A DNA stretch of 64,000 nt. It comes from a virus. A model generated the notes under the pieces. That model ran no database searches. It had not been told where the DNA came from and saw only the letters and a program-made list of their open reading frames with translations. A program made the position numbers and the translations under genes. Location: positions 32,529-96,528 of IMG/VR virus record IMGVR_UViG_3300045988_108820; one strand, 5' to 3'. Of this stretch, positions 22,142 to 32,155 are shown one piece after another; position 1 is the first letter of the stretch; each line of letters begins with the position of its first letter.

Positions 22142-22173
22142 CTTGTCTAACCTATTTATTCTTATTAATTTTG
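22142..22173 (+). promoter_or_regulatory. Bacteroidota-type promoter (CTTG-N20-TAATTTTG) for the scaffold/capsid operon
   Basis: CTTG at 22142-22145 and TAATTTTG at 22166-22173, 28 nt upstream of the ATG at 22202. Confidence 0.55.
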
Positions 22174-22201
22174 CAAAGAAGTTTAATAAGGAGTATAATA
22201 T

Positions 22202-23341
22202 ATGGAAGGTTTATCATTAGATAATATAATGACTGGAGAAGAGGCAGCAGCTCTCTTTGATCCAGAAACTAAGCAAGAAGGAACTGAGGAAACTCCCTCA
22301 AAGAATTCTGATGAAAATGAAAAGGAAAGTAAAGAAACTACTGAGGTTGTAGATGTAGATACCTTATTTACAGATAAGCCAGAGAGCGTAGGTAGTGAAG
22401 ATCATAAGGGAAAGGAAGATACCTCTTCTAAAGAGGAAACTTCTCCCAACTTCTACTCTTCCATTGCCAAAACCTTTGCAGAAGATGGTGTCTTCCAAGA
22501 CCTTAATGATGAAGCTATTTCTAAGGTTAAAGATGCAGAGTCCTTTATGGATTTAGTAGAGGAGCAAATTCAATCTAAGCTTGATGAAAGGCAAAAAAGA
22601 ATTGACCAAGCTCTTAATGCAGGGATAGAACCTACACAAGTTCAGAGATTTGAGAATAACATCAAAATATTGAATAGTATTACTGATGAAGCTATCTCTG
22701 AAGAAGGTGAGAAAGGTGAAAATCTTAGAAAAAACATCATCTATGAGGACTATATTCAGAAGGGCTTCTCCAAAGAGAGAGCTATTAAAGCAGTTGAAAG
22801 ATCTATAACTGCTGGTACTGATATAGAAGATGCTAAAGAAGCTCTACAAAGTTGCAAAGAACAAGTAACCAAAGCTTATAATAATGCAGTTAAAGAAGCA
22901 GAGGAAGTAAAGGCAAAGGAAGAAAAAGAGCTAAAAGAGCAAGCAGAAGCTCTTAAAAAATCAATTCTTTCTGATAAGAAACCTTTTGGTGACTTAGAGA
23001 TAGATAAGAACACTAGACAAAGAGTATTTGATGCTATTTCTAAACCAGTATTTACTGATCCTGAAACAGGAGAAAGACTTACGGCAATTCAAAAGTTTGA
23101 AGCTGATAATCATAATGATTTTATGAAGTATGTTGGTCTTACTTATGTATTGACTGATGGTTTCAAATCACTTGATGGTTTAGTTAAAGGTAAAGTGAAG
23201 AAGGAAATTGGTAAGGGTCTAAAGGAGTTAGAACATACCTTAAATAACACTGCTAGAAACTCAGATGGTACACTTAAATTTACAAGTGGTGTAAACTCAG
23301 ACCCAGAATCTGCATTTAGTAGATTTACACTTGATATTTAA
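22202..23341 (+). CDS. putative scaffolding protein (379 aa, acidic, helical)
   Basis: Highly acidic, E/K-rich, coiled sequence located immediately upstream of the capsid-sized ORF. Confidence 0.5.
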   Translation: MEGLSLDNIMTGEEAAALFDPETKQEGTEETPSKNSDENEKESKETTEVVDVDTLFTDKPESVGSEDHKGKEDTSSKEETSPNFYSSIAKTFAEDGVFQDLNDEAISKVKDAESFMDLVEEQIQSKLDERQKRIDQALNAGIEPTQVQRFENNIKILNSITDEAISEEGEKGENLRKNIIYEDYIQKGFSKERAIKAVERSITAGTDIEDAKEALQSCKEQVTKAYNNAVKEAEEVKAKEEKELKEQAEALKKSILSDKKPFGDLEIDKNTRQRVFDAISKPVFTDPETGERLTAIQKFEADNHNDFMKYVGLTYVLTDGFKSLDGLVKGKVKKEIGKGLKELEHTLNNTARNSDGTLKFTSGVNSDPESAFSRFTLDI

Positions 23342-23356
23342 TATTTAATAACTATT

Positions 23357-24862
23357 ATGGCTGGACAATTAGGTAAGTTTCAGATGGTTGGTTTTGATGG
23401 CTGGAAAGGTTTGTCAAAATTAAACCATATTTCAGCTATCTATGGTATGGGTGCTCAAAAAGCATCTAATATGATGGTTGAGTTGTTAGCTTCTAAGATG
23501 GGTAATACTCTTGACACATTTCTGAGTAGACTCCCTATAAAGGAATTTGAAGATGATTCAGAGTATTATTGGGATATTATTTCTAGTGCAAGAAAGAATA
23601 TTCCTTTGGTAGAAGCTAGAGATGAGGATGGTAAGAAAGTTGAACTAGGTGATAATCCTGTAGGTGTTGGTACTACTCCTTTCTATTTAGTATTTGCAGA
23701 AGATTATTTCGCAGATGGCGAGGTGATTTTTGGTAGTTTAAATCAAGTATATCCTATTAGAGTACTTGGTGATGCAAGAATGGAAGGTACTAATGCTGTG
23801 TATCGCTGTGAAGTGATGGGTGGTATTACTACAGGTGTTCCTTCTGAAAGACTACAAACTGGTGAAAGATTCTCTGTAGGTTTTGCTCCTGTTGAAAAGG
23901 AATTAAGCCGCAAGGTTGGAGATATTAGATTTAATACTCCTGTAAGTATGCGTAATGAGTGGACTACTATTAGACTTCAACACAAGGTTTCAGGTGCAAT
24001 GCTTAATAGAAAACTTGCTGTTGGTATTCCTATGAAGGACACTTCTACAAATAAGACAGTGATTGCTAACTTATGGATGCATAATGTAGACTGGACATTT
24101 GAAAAACAATGGAGTGATTACAAGAATATTGCAACAGCTTGGGGTACTTCTAACCGTAATACTAATGGTGAATATCTAAACTTTGGTAAGAGTGGTGAAG
24201 CTATTAGAATGGGTGATGGTTTATTTGCTCAAATGGAAGTAGCTAACACTTACTACTATAATACATTCTCATTAAAGATGATTGAAGATGCACTTTATGA
24301 ATTAAGTGCAAATGCTTTAGACATCAAGGAAAGGGTGTTTGTTCTTAGAACAGGTATGAGAGGAGCATCTCTATTTAGCAAAGCAGTTGGTGATATTGTT
24401 TCTGGATGGACTCAATTTACAGTAAATGCTGATAACTTGGGTATTGTACAAAAGACTAATAATGTACAACATCAGACCTCCCTTGCAGCAGGTTATCAAT
24501 TTACTGAATTTAGAGCACCTAATGGTGTGATTCTAAAGATTGAAGTTGATAAGTTCTATGATGATCCTGTACAAAATAAGATTCAGCACCCACTTGGTGG
24601 TCCTGCAAGTTCTTATAGATTTGATATTATGGATATTGGTTCTATGGATCAACCTAATATCTTTAAGTGTCAAATCAAGGGAGAGCCAGAATATAGAGGT
24701 TATCAATCTGGTATGAGAAATCCTTTCACTGGAGCTATGAGTAATGACTTTATGTCTCATGATGAAGATAGTGCAACTATACACAAGATGACTACATTTG
24801 GTGTATGTGTACTAGATCCAACTAGAACAATGTCATTTATTCCTGCTGTGTTGCAAGGTTAA
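23357..24862 (+). CDS. putative major capsid protein (501 aa)
   Basis: Its position after the scaffold-like gene, its size, G+C above the local average and a strong hairpin directly downstream fit a highly expressed capsid gene in the crAss-like order. The fold is not verifiable by eye. Confidence 0.6.
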   Translation: MAGQLGKFQMVGFDGWKGLSKLNHISAIYGMGAQKASNMMVELLASKMGNTLDTFLSRLPIKEFEDDSEYYWDIISSARKNIPLVEARDEDGKKVELGDNPVGVGTTPFYLVFAEDYFADGEVIFGSLNQVYPIRVLGDARMEGTNAVYRCEVMGGITTGVPSERLQTGERFSVGFAPVEKELSRKVGDIRFNTPVSMRNEWTTIRLQHKVSGAMLNRKLAVGIPMKDTSTNKTVIANLWMHNVDWTFEKQWSDYKNIATAWGTSNRNTNGEYLNFGKSGEAIRMGDGLFAQMEVANTYYYNTFSLKMIEDALYELSANALDIKERVFVLRTGMRGASLFSKAVGDIVSGWTQFTVNADNLGIVQKTNNVQHQTSLAAGYQFTEFRAPNGVILKIEVDKFYDDPVQNKIQHPLGGPASSYRFDIMDIGSMDQPNIFKCQIKGEPEYRGYQSGMRNPFTGAMSNDFMSHDEDSATIHKMTTFGVCVLDPTRTMSFIPAVLQG

Positions 24863-24873
24863 ATATAACTTAT

Positions 24874-24897
24874 AGGGGGAATTAAGTTTCCCCCTTT
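24874..24897 (+). terminator. hairpin terminator after capsid gene
   Basis: AGGGGGAA (24874-24881) pairs with TTCCCCCT (24888-24895), followed by a T/A-rich tail. Confidence 0.55.
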
Positions 24898-24912
24898 AAT
24901 TAAATAAAATAT

Positions 24913-25809
24913 ATGGCAAAGGAAGATAAAATTAATGAGGAAAAACCTTTAGTTAATTGTCTAAAGAATGAGCAAATAATCATAAGATATTTGCCTAGAC
25001 AGAGTAGAATGGTAACTAACCCTAAACATGTACTATTTGGAGGAATGGCAGAGAATGCTACAAGAACTTTTGTAGTTCCTATGTTGTCTTCTGGTAGATA
25101 TGTTAATGTTCTTACAGATAGTGAAAAGGATTTCCTTGAAGAATTAATGGGATTACCTCCAAATGCACTTTCTATATATAAGAAAGTAGATAACTTTTGG
25201 GATGATGCTAATGAAGCTGGTATATCTAAAGTAACATTAAGAAAGCAAGATAATTATCTTAACTTAGCTAATGTAGAAGATTATATTAGATATAAAATTC
25301 TACTAGCTAATAAAGACTATATTGCTCCTTCTCTAGAAGCTTTGGAAACTAACCCTAAGGCAACTTATCAATTTGTAATTCTTACAGAAGACTCAGAAAC
25401 CCAATCTGCTAAGAAGGGTATGACAACTTTAATGCAATGTTATACTGCTTATGGTAAGATTGAAGATGAAGTTGATACTCTTAGAGTTATTGTTGAAACT
25501 CTTACTGGTGTAAGAGTCCATAAGAATACTAAAAAAGAGTTCTTACAAACTAAGGTAAATGAGTTAATACAAGGTAACAGTAAGATGTTCTTAAAAGTTG
25601 CTACAGACCCTATGTTATCAACTAAAGTTCTTATCAGAAGATGTGTTGAAGAAGGATTAATAGCTCATAGAGGTAATCAGTACTACATTAAAGATGGTAA
25701 TATCCCTATGTGTGAAGATGGAGAACCTACTTTAAATGTAGCAGCACAATGGATTAACTTACCAAAGAATCAAGAAATTAAGCTTAGTCTAGAAGCTAAA
25801 CTTAAATAA
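24913..25809 (+). CDS. virion structural protein, function unassigned (298 aa)
   Basis: ORF-track frame within the head module. No motif recognised. Confidence 0.55.
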   Translation: MAKEDKINEEKPLVNCLKNEQIIIRYLPRQSRMVTNPKHVLFGGMAENATRTFVVPMLSSGRYVNVLTDSEKDFLEELMGLPPNALSIYKKVDNFWDDANEAGISKVTLRKQDNYLNLANVEDYIRYKILLANKDYIAPSLEALETNPKATYQFVILTEDSETQSAKKGMTTLMQCYTAYGKIEDEVDTLRVIVETLTGVRVHKNTKKEFLQTKVNELIQGNSKMFLKVATDPMLSTKVLIRRCVEEGLIAHRGNQYYIKDGNIPMCEDGEPTLNVAAQWINLPKNQEIKLSLEAKLK

Positions 25810-25825
25810 TATAAATTGAAAGCCC

Positions 25826-26605
25826 ATGACCAATGAAGAATTTAGTAATGAATTTGATGTTCTTTACAATAATATAACTAGTAATCAGGCTCCTGGGCTT
25901 GATGAATATGAGAAAAGTGTTTTCTTAACTAAGGCACAATCTGAAATACTGAGAGAATATTTTAACTATAGAGTAGATAATACTAATGGAGGTTTTGATG
26001 GGAGTCAAAAAAGACAATATGACTTTTCATTCCTAATTAAAACTGCTAAATTAGAAGCTAATGTTTCTAATGAGGGGGATGAGAACTATATTCCTAAGAT
26101 GGATAATAGAGGCTCCCTATTTAACTTCCCAGAGGATTACTTTCTTAGTATCAATGAGGTTATTAGGGATGATGCATCTAGTAATAAGTTTTACTCTGTA
26201 GTCTCAATAAGTTATTCTGATTATCAAAGATTAATGACTAAACCTTATGCTTATCCACCTAAAAGAATGGCATGGAGGTTATTCATTGGAACAATACAAA
26301 AGACTTTAGAAGATACTTCTAAAGTAATAGTTCCTGTGGCAGAGATTATAGGAAAATTTGTTGGAGATCCAACTACTTGGGACTACACTCTTAGATATGT
26401 AAAGAAACCTAGTCCAATTATTCTTATTAATTTAACTGATGATGACTTATCAATTGAAGGTGAAAAAGTAAAAACTCCTTGTGAGTTTCCTTCTCAATTA
26501 CATCAAGAGATCCTTGAAAGAGCTGTGTCATTAGCTAAAATAGCATATCAGGCAGGTTCTACTGCTACTATTGCAGCACAATCTAGTAAAAATAATCAAC
26601 AATAG
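25826..26605 (+). CDS. head-tail connector-region protein, paralogue 1 (259 aa)
   Basis: It shares the N-terminal T-x-EEFSNEFDVL-x-N...LDEYEKSV-x-LT and C-terminal L-x-I-x-GEK-x-K..C...ILE-x-AV-x-LA blocks with the next gene. Confidence 0.55.
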   Translation: MTNEEFSNEFDVLYNNITSNQAPGLDEYEKSVFLTKAQSEILREYFNYRVDNTNGGFDGSQKRQYDFSFLIKTAKLEANVSNEGDENYIPKMDNRGSLFNFPEDYFLSINEVIRDDASSNKFYSVVSISYSDYQRLMTKPYAYPPKRMAWRLFIGTIQKTLEDTSKVIVPVAEIIGKFVGDPTTWDYTLRYVKKPSPIILINLTDDDLSIEGEKVKTPCEFPSQLHQEILERAVSLAKIAYQAGSTATIAAQSSKNNQQ

Positions 26606-26610
26606 TAATT

Positions 26611-27297
26611 ATGACTACAGAGGAATTTAGTAATGAATTTGATGTCCTACTTAATAGCTATATTACTATTAACCAAGATTCATTTAAACTAGATGAATAT
26701 GAGAAATCAGTTCTTCTAACTGAATCACAAGAAGCTGTAATTAAGGAATTATATAATGGAAAACTAGCAGGGGAAGGATTTGAAGAAACAGAAGAAATTA
26801 GAAGAGGACTAGATAGTTTAGTCAACACTCTAGAACTAACATCTAAAGATATTTCAAAACCTAAGATGTCAGATAAATCTCAGTTTTTTCAACTGCCAAC
26901 AGATATATGGTTTATTACCTATGAATCAGCACTTTTATCAGATGAGTCTTTAGGATGTAAAAATAATACTAGAGTAATTGTAATTCCTATAAGACAGGAT
27001 GAGTACCATAGTGTAGAAAGTAATCCCTTCAGAGGACCTTCAGATAAAAGAGTTTTAAGAATAGACACTGGCTCCTCAATAGTAGAACTTATATCTAAAT
27101 ATAATATTAAGAGCTATTTTGTAAAGTATCTTAGTAAACCTAAACCTATTATTTTACAGGACATCTCAAATGAGAATTTAACAATAAATGGTGAGAAATT
27201 AAAGATGGAGTGTAAATTAAATGAATCTTTACACAGAACCATCTTAGAGGGAGCTGTAGCTTTAGCCATTAAGAGACTTCCCTCGAAGAATGTATAA
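26611..27297 (+). CDS. head-tail connector-region protein, paralogue 2 (228 aa)
   Basis: Tandem paralogue of 25826..26605 with the same N- and C-terminal blocks. Confidence 0.55.
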   Translation: MTTEEFSNEFDVLLNSYITINQDSFKLDEYEKSVLLTESQEAVIKELYNGKLAGEGFEETEEIRRGLDSLVNTLELTSKDISKPKMSDKSQFFQLPTDIWFITYESALLSDESLGCKNNTRVIVIPIRQDEYHSVESNPFRGPSDKRVLRIDTGSSIVELISKYNIKSYFVKYLSKPKPIILQDISNENLTINGEKLKMECKLNESLHRTILEGAVALAIKRLPSKNV

Positions 27298-27314
27298 CTT
27301 AAACTAATTTAAAG

Positions 27315-28382
27315 ATGGCAGTTTTTTCTGTAAATCAAAACAGACAGCTTTATGTAGCAAATGCTTATAAAGCAACAGTAGCAGGAACTGACCCTGCTGG
27401 TACAATATCAGTTAAGGCTGATAAAGCAAAAAAGTATTTTTATTTTCCTTATGTAGGTGTTGATAACCTCATGAGAAGTGATCTAATTGATGTAGATAAG
27501 GTAATGTATGCTAAGGCTACAGATGCTGATGCTCTAGCAATGAAGCTAAAATCAGTACTTGTAACTCTAGATTCAGCAGTTAATGGTGGTGAACCTATCT
27601 CAGGTCAGGATTATATACTAAGGATAGCCTTTAGACAGTATTTTGGTAATTCAGATGGTAATATGTACTTTAAGCATGGTGCTGTTCATGGCTTTGCTGG
27701 TATGACTGCTTCTGTATTCTATGCTAAAATGGCACAGTCTTTAGCTCTTAACTTTAGTAGAGAAAGAGTTAAACCTCTAGCTATTCACTTAGTAAGTGGT
27801 GACCTTGCAGATGGAGGCACTGATGAAGGTGAGGTGTTGCCAACTTCAGTTATTGCTAAAAAGAAGAGTGATACAAGTGATTTTGATCCTTTTACTACAA
27901 CTTACACTGGTATTTTAATTGAGGAAGTAGAACAAGATTGGGTTCTTGGAACTAAAAAGCAAGTGCCTGTTTACTTTGATGTATATCCTTCTACTGTTAT
28001 TAGTGGTGGTGATGAAGTAATTTGGGGAACAGCTGAAGAGGTTGCTAGTAAAGAATCTATAGGTAATGGTCATAATATTGCAGATCTTGAGTATTTCTGT
28101 ATGGGTGAAAGAGGTGATCAATATAGAAATATTGGTTGGCCTAATGTAATTAAAACTAAGTATTTAGTAGATCCTGAAAAGAAATATAATATCATTGATA
28201 TACATTATGCTTATGTAGGTGATGGTGTCAGTGTACAGAAGTCAGAGAAAGATATTACTATTGTAGTACCAAAGGTTGGTGCTAATAATCAAGCTAGTAA
28301 TAAACTGACTAATGATATTATTGCTGCAATAAACACAGCTACTGGTCTTAATATTGCTACACTTGATAATTCAGCAGGTTAA
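27315..28382 (+). CDS. virion structural protein, function unassigned (355 aa)
   Basis: ORF-track frame followed by a strong terminator, consistent with an abundant structural product. Confidence 0.55.
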   Translation: MAVFSVNQNRQLYVANAYKATVAGTDPAGTISVKADKAKKYFYFPYVGVDNLMRSDLIDVDKVMYAKATDADALAMKLKSVLVTLDSAVNGGEPISGQDYILRIAFRQYFGNSDGNMYFKHGAVHGFAGMTASVFYAKMAQSLALNFSRERVKPLAIHLVSGDLADGGTDEGEVLPTSVIAKKKSDTSDFDPFTTTYTGILIEEVEQDWVLGTKKQVPVYFDVYPSTVISGGDEVIWGTAEEVASKESIGNGHNIADLEYFCMGERGDQYRNIGWPNVIKTKYLVDPEKKYNIIDIHYAYVGDGVSVQKSEKDITIVVPKVGANNQASNKLTNDIIAAINTATGLNIATLDNSAG

Positions 28383-28398
28383 GCTAGTATAAATTCAA

Positions 28399-28427
28399 AG
28401 TAGATGTGATGAGCATCTACTTTTTTT
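28399..28427 (+). terminator. rho-independent terminator
   Basis: AGTAGATG (28399-28406), loop TGATGAG, CATCTACT (28414-28421), then TTTTTT. Confidence 0.7.
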
Positions 28428-28446
28428 ATTTTAATACATTACTAAT

Positions 28447-29094
28447 ATGATACACTATAACAATTTATATATAACTGAGGATAGCAAGTATTTAGTAATA
28501 GATGTAGCTATAGATGAAGATTCTACCTATGATGATGTTTATCTGTATAGAATAGCTATAGACACTCAAGATACTTACATTACTAATGGTCCTAGTAATA
28601 ATGCTAAAATTATCTTCCTAGATGAAGGTGATATAGAAAAACCTAGTATGAATGGTATTGAGGAAGTTAAAAATAGTGGTAAAGATTCTAAAAAAGTAAA
28701 GCATACTAAACTAACTCTATCTGCTAAAGATTTAGGAGTTAATTTAAATAAGGATATGCTATTCATCTATAGTACAGCTTCAGGGTTTATACCAGAAGAT
28801 AAACCAGATGTTCTCAAATATATAACTGATACAATACTTAATGTAGTTGTTAATACTTATGAAGTGTACAAAAGTATTATCCCTTTAATTAAGGAGATTG
28901 GTGAATTATGTAAGGATCCTATATCATTTATTGATAGAGAATTACAAATCAAAGCTGTAGAATACTCTATAAAAAATAGTAATTATCTATTAGCTATTAA
29001 ATATTGGAAGAAATACTTTATGGATAATACAATTACATCCTCATCTAATAAATGTAACTGCAATGGAAACTCTCAATGTTCTTGCATTAGATAG
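28447..29094 (+). CDS. hypothetical virion-module protein (215 aa)
   Basis: ORF-track frame with a Cys-rich C-terminal tail (NKCNCNGNSQCSC). Confidence 0.5.
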   Translation: MIHYNNLYITEDSKYLVIDVAIDEDSTYDDVYLYRIAIDTQDTYITNGPSNNAKIIFLDEGDIEKPSMNGIEEVKNSGKDSKKVKHTKLTLSAKDLGVNLNKDMLFIYSTASGFIPEDKPDVLKYITDTILNVVVNTYEVYKSIIPLIKEIGELCKDPISFIDRELQIKAVEYSIKNSNYLLAIKYWKKYFMDNTITSSSNKCNCNGNSQCSCIR

Positions 29095-29401
29095 TATTAA
29101 TAAAATAATGAGTAGATTATCTAAAATTGGGTATTTAAACAAATGCTTTATTTACCCAGTATTAGCCTTAGTTTATTTATGTGATATATTAAATAAATAT
29201 GGTCAATATGTATCAGAAGATGACTATAAATATATCACTAAAGCTATTCAAAATCTCTCTGATAATTCCTGTCTAATTGCTTTACCAGATTTCTATGAAT
29301 TAAAGAATTCTCATCTACCACAATATAATCCACTGATAAGTAGAATTAGTGAGGACTCTCTAAGTAGATTAGCAGAAGATAATTCATTAAGACTATTATA
29401 A
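29063..29401 (+). CDS. hypothetical protein (112 aa)
   Basis: ORF-track frame that overlaps the upstream gene by 32 nt. Confidence 0.45.
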   Translation: METLNVLALDSINKIMSRLSKIGYLNKCFIYPVLALVYLCDILNKYGQYVSEDDYKYITKAIQNLSDNSCLIALPDFYELKNSHLPQYNPLISRISEDSLSRLAEDNSLRLL

Positions 29402-29425
29402 TATAATTAAATAAAAGATTATTCT

Positions 29426-29457
29426 CTTGTGTATAAGACTTGTATTTATTATCTTTG
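29426..29457 (+). promoter_or_regulatory. Bacteroidota-type promoter (CTTG-N20-TATCTTTG)
   Basis: CTTG at 29426-29429 and TATCTTTG at 29450-29457, 28 nt upstream of the ATG at 29486. It lies inside the GTG-extended ORF-track frame. Confidence 0.55.
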
Positions 29458-29485
29458 CACAAGAGAGTTTTTATTTTATACAGAT

Positions 29486-30211
29486 ATGACTTATAGAGAA
29501 ATAATTTATATGTGCTTAGATGCACTAAAGATTACCTCAGATGATGCTATATTCAATGAAGATCATATATTGTTTCTTGTAAATAAATATAGAAATCTAT
29601 TACTTCAACAAAAATATTCAGACATTAGAAATGCAGTTCTTGAAAGTAACTATCAAACACTTTGTCTAGATTTAGAAATAGATAATACTAAAAGTGTTAG
29701 TATATGTAATGAGGAGATACTCAGAAGTAGTAATAAGATACCAAAATTATTGAATGTTGGAAATACAGAAGTTACTTTAGATGACTATTATATTGGAGAA
29801 ATAGCATTAGTATCCCCAAACAGAATGAGATATGTTGGTCATAATAGATGGTTACAAAATGCAATATATTGTTCAATATACTCTGATGATCATCTATATT
29901 TTAAATCAGCTAATTCTCAACATCTAAATTTAGAAACAGTGAGGCTAAAAGGTGTTTTTGAGGACCCAATTGAGGCATACAAATTATCCTGTGACTGCAA
30001 TTCTAAAAATATGTGTGATTACCTAGACTTAACACTCCCATTGGAGGATGGTCTTGTTCCTAAATTATTAGAATTAATAGTGCAATTTATAACTGCTGGT
30101 ATTTATAAACCAGAAGATACTGAGAATAATGCAAAAGATGATTTATCCTCAATGATGCAGTTTATAAGAAGTAATATGAAATCCAATCTACAGAAACAAA
30201 TAGAAGGCTAA
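29486..30211 (+). CDS. tail-module protein (241 aa)
   Basis: The ORF-track start at 29429 is GTG and overlaps the promoter, so the start is trimmed to the ATG at 29486 (MTYREIIYM...). Confidence 0.5.
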   Translation: MTYREIIYMCLDALKITSDDAIFNEDHILFLVNKYRNLLLQQKYSDIRNAVLESNYQTLCLDLEIDNTKSVSICNEEILRSSNKIPKLLNVGNTEVTLDDYYIGEIALVSPNRMRYVGHNRWLQNAIYCSIYSDDHLYFKSANSQHLNLETVRLKGVFEDPIEAYKLSCDCNSKNMCDYLDLTLPLEDGLVPKLLELIVQFITAGIYKPEDTENNAKDDLSSMMQFIRSNMKSNLQKQIEG

Positions 30212-30744
30212 TGGATGATTTTAGGAAAGAAATGCTTAAAATAAATGAATCAAGAGTTCATAAAGTAAAGAATTCTTTAGGTGTTTACGATGCTTATAAA
30301 TGGATAAGGAAGAATGAATGGTTAGGAATGAGTCCTATATCAGAACATGATTTTTATGCAATTATAAGAACTGTAAATAAAGCTCTTGCTAATAAATTTC
30401 TATACTCAGGCTCTATTAAATTACCATTAAGAATGGGAGAAATTGTATTAAGGAAATATAAACCTAGTATAACTTTACAAGATGGTAAGATTAAAACTAA
30501 TTTACCTATTGATTGGGATTCTACTTTACAATTATGGTCAGAAGATAAAGAGTCTTATAAAAAGAGAACTTTAATTAGAATAGAAGAAAAAGAGATATTT
30601 AAAGTACTTTATGATAAGAGTAAAGCACTATACAATAATAAATCCTTCTATGCATTTAGTCTTAATAGAGACATTAAGACAGCTCTTAAGAAACAATTAA
30701 AAAATGGATTATTAGATGCATTTATGTTATGTGGGAAGACTTAA
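30211..30744 (+). CDS. tail-module protein (177 aa)
   Basis: ORF-track frame. Its ATG overlaps the upstream stop. Confidence 0.5.
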   Translation: MDDFRKEMLKINESRVHKVKNSLGVYDAYKWIRKNEWLGMSPISEHDFYAIIRTVNKALANKFLYSGSIKLPLRMGEIVLRKYKPSITLQDGKIKTNLPIDWDSTLQLWSEDKESYKKRTLIRIEEKEIFKVLYDKSKALYNNKSFYAFSLNRDIKTALKKQLKNGLLDAFMLCGKT

Positions 30745-30746
30745 GT

Positions 30747-31469
30747 ATGAAAGATAGAGCATCTCTTATCAAAATAGCTGTAGACAATGGAGTATATGAC
30801 ATTAATGAAATAAGAGGTAGCTATAACCAATATAAAAATGGAGGATATAAACCATCTGCTTCCATAAGAAAGACAATAACAAATTGGGAGGGAAGGTCAA
30901 TGAGAACTAATAGATCATTTGAAGCTGAAGCTAGAGACTTTAATAGAGCATTACCTAAAGGGGCTTTACAAAGATTAACTCAGCAACAACTTGATGGTCT
31001 TTATAGCTATAGTTATAATGTAGGTTCAGGCAATTTTAGAAGTAGAGTTGTACCTACTCTTGCAAAGTATTTAGCAGGAATGGCTTCTACACAGGATGTA
31101 CAAAAAGCTATGTGGGCATCTGGAGATACTAGGCTTAGGGGATTAGCCAGAAGAAGAGCAGCTGAAAGAAGGATGTTTGGTAGTAGTTCTTCACCAACAA
31201 TTGCTCAAAGTGCTATTATTCCTGAGACTGTACAAGACTTTAACCCATATTCCTTAGTCTATGAAGAAGCACCAGAGATTCCACCACTTAAATTTAATGA
31301 AGGTATAGTTGCTCCAGATATACCTAATTCAGAAGAACTAGATACTAAAGATACAATAGATGATACTAATACTCCTGAACCAGATTATGGATCAATTGAA
31401 CAATTATCTAATATATTAGATATGATACATACATCTAGGAGTCCTAGGGAAATAAATATTAATATATAA
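30747..31469 (+). CDS. lysozyme-like (GH24-type) virion-associated murein hydrolase (about 240 aa)
   Basis: ITNWEGRS (catalytic-Glu context), LTQQQLDGLYSYSYNVGSGNF and RLRGLARRRAAERRMF parallel the conserved GH24 phage-lysozyme blocks (EG..., Q.DALvSfaFN.G, GL..RR..E..lf). An alternative start exists at 30729. Confidence 0.6.
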   Translation: MKDRASLIKIAVDNGVYDINEIRGSYNQYKNGGYKPSASIRKTITNWEGRSMRTNRSFEAEARDFNRALPKGALQRLTQQQLDGLYSYSYNVGSGNFRSRVVPTLAKYLAGMASTQDVQKAMWASGDTRLRGLARRRAAERRMFGSSSSPTIAQSAIIPETVQDFNPYSLVYEEAPEIPPLKFNEGIVAPDIPNSEELDTKDTIDDTNTPEPDYGSIEQLSNILDMIHTSRSPREININI

Positions 31470-32155
31470 TGGAAAGATATATATCAATAAAAGAAGTTTT
31501 AGATAACTTACTTGACAATCCATTACTACAGGATTTGACTCTTGAAAGAGTTGTCAACTATACAATTGATTTTATACGAAAGGTAGGTATGCCTAAAGTA
31601 TATATAGAGAAAACAGCAAATCTTGAAGTTAAAGAATATAGAGCATTACTTCCTTGTGATTTTCATAAAATGATTCAAGTGAGAACTTTTAAGGAGGGTT
31701 GTAGTCAAACATTTAGAAGTTCTACTGATAATTTTCATTTCTCTAATAATAAGAGGAACTCACATGACTTAACCTATAAATTACAAGGTCAGGTTATTTA
31801 TACCTCTATAAAAGATGGTACAATAGAAATAGCTTACCAAGCTATTCCTGTTGATTGTGATGGTTATCCAATGATAGCTGATAATAGTTCCTTTAGGGAA
31901 GCATTAGAGCTTTACATTACAAAGAGAAGATATAAAGTACTATTTGATATAGGTAAAATTAGAGGTGATGTTTATAGTTCTACTTGTCAAGATTATGCCT
32001 TTGCTGTAGGTCAAGCTCAAACAAGTTTAATAATGCCTACAATTGATGAAATGGAATCAATTACTAACTCTTGGAATACATTAATTCCTAGAGTTACAGA
32101 GCATAGAATGGGATTTATTAATAATGGTTCAAAGGAGACCCTTAAACAACAATAA
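31469..32155 (+). CDS. tail-module protein (228 aa)
   Basis: ORF-track frame with start and stop overlapping both neighbours. Confidence 0.5.
   Translation: MERYISIKEVLDNLLDNPLLQDLTLERVVNYTIDFIRKVGMPKVYIEKTANLEVKEYRALLPCDFHKMIQVRTFKEGCSQTFRSSTDNFHFSNNKRNSHDLTYKLQGQVIYTSIKDGTIEIAYQAIPVDCDGYPMIADNSSFREALELYITKRRYKVLFDIGKIRGDVYSSTCQDYAFAVGQAQTSLIMPTIDEMESITNSWNTLIPRVTEHRMGFINNGSKETLKQQ

Noticed and set aside
24533-24784. Minus-strand 83-aa ORF inside the capsid gene
   Set aside because: It is an antisense shadow.
27915-28766. Minus-strand ORFs 27915..28121 and 28575..28766
   Set aside because: They are antisense shadows in plus-strand structural genes.
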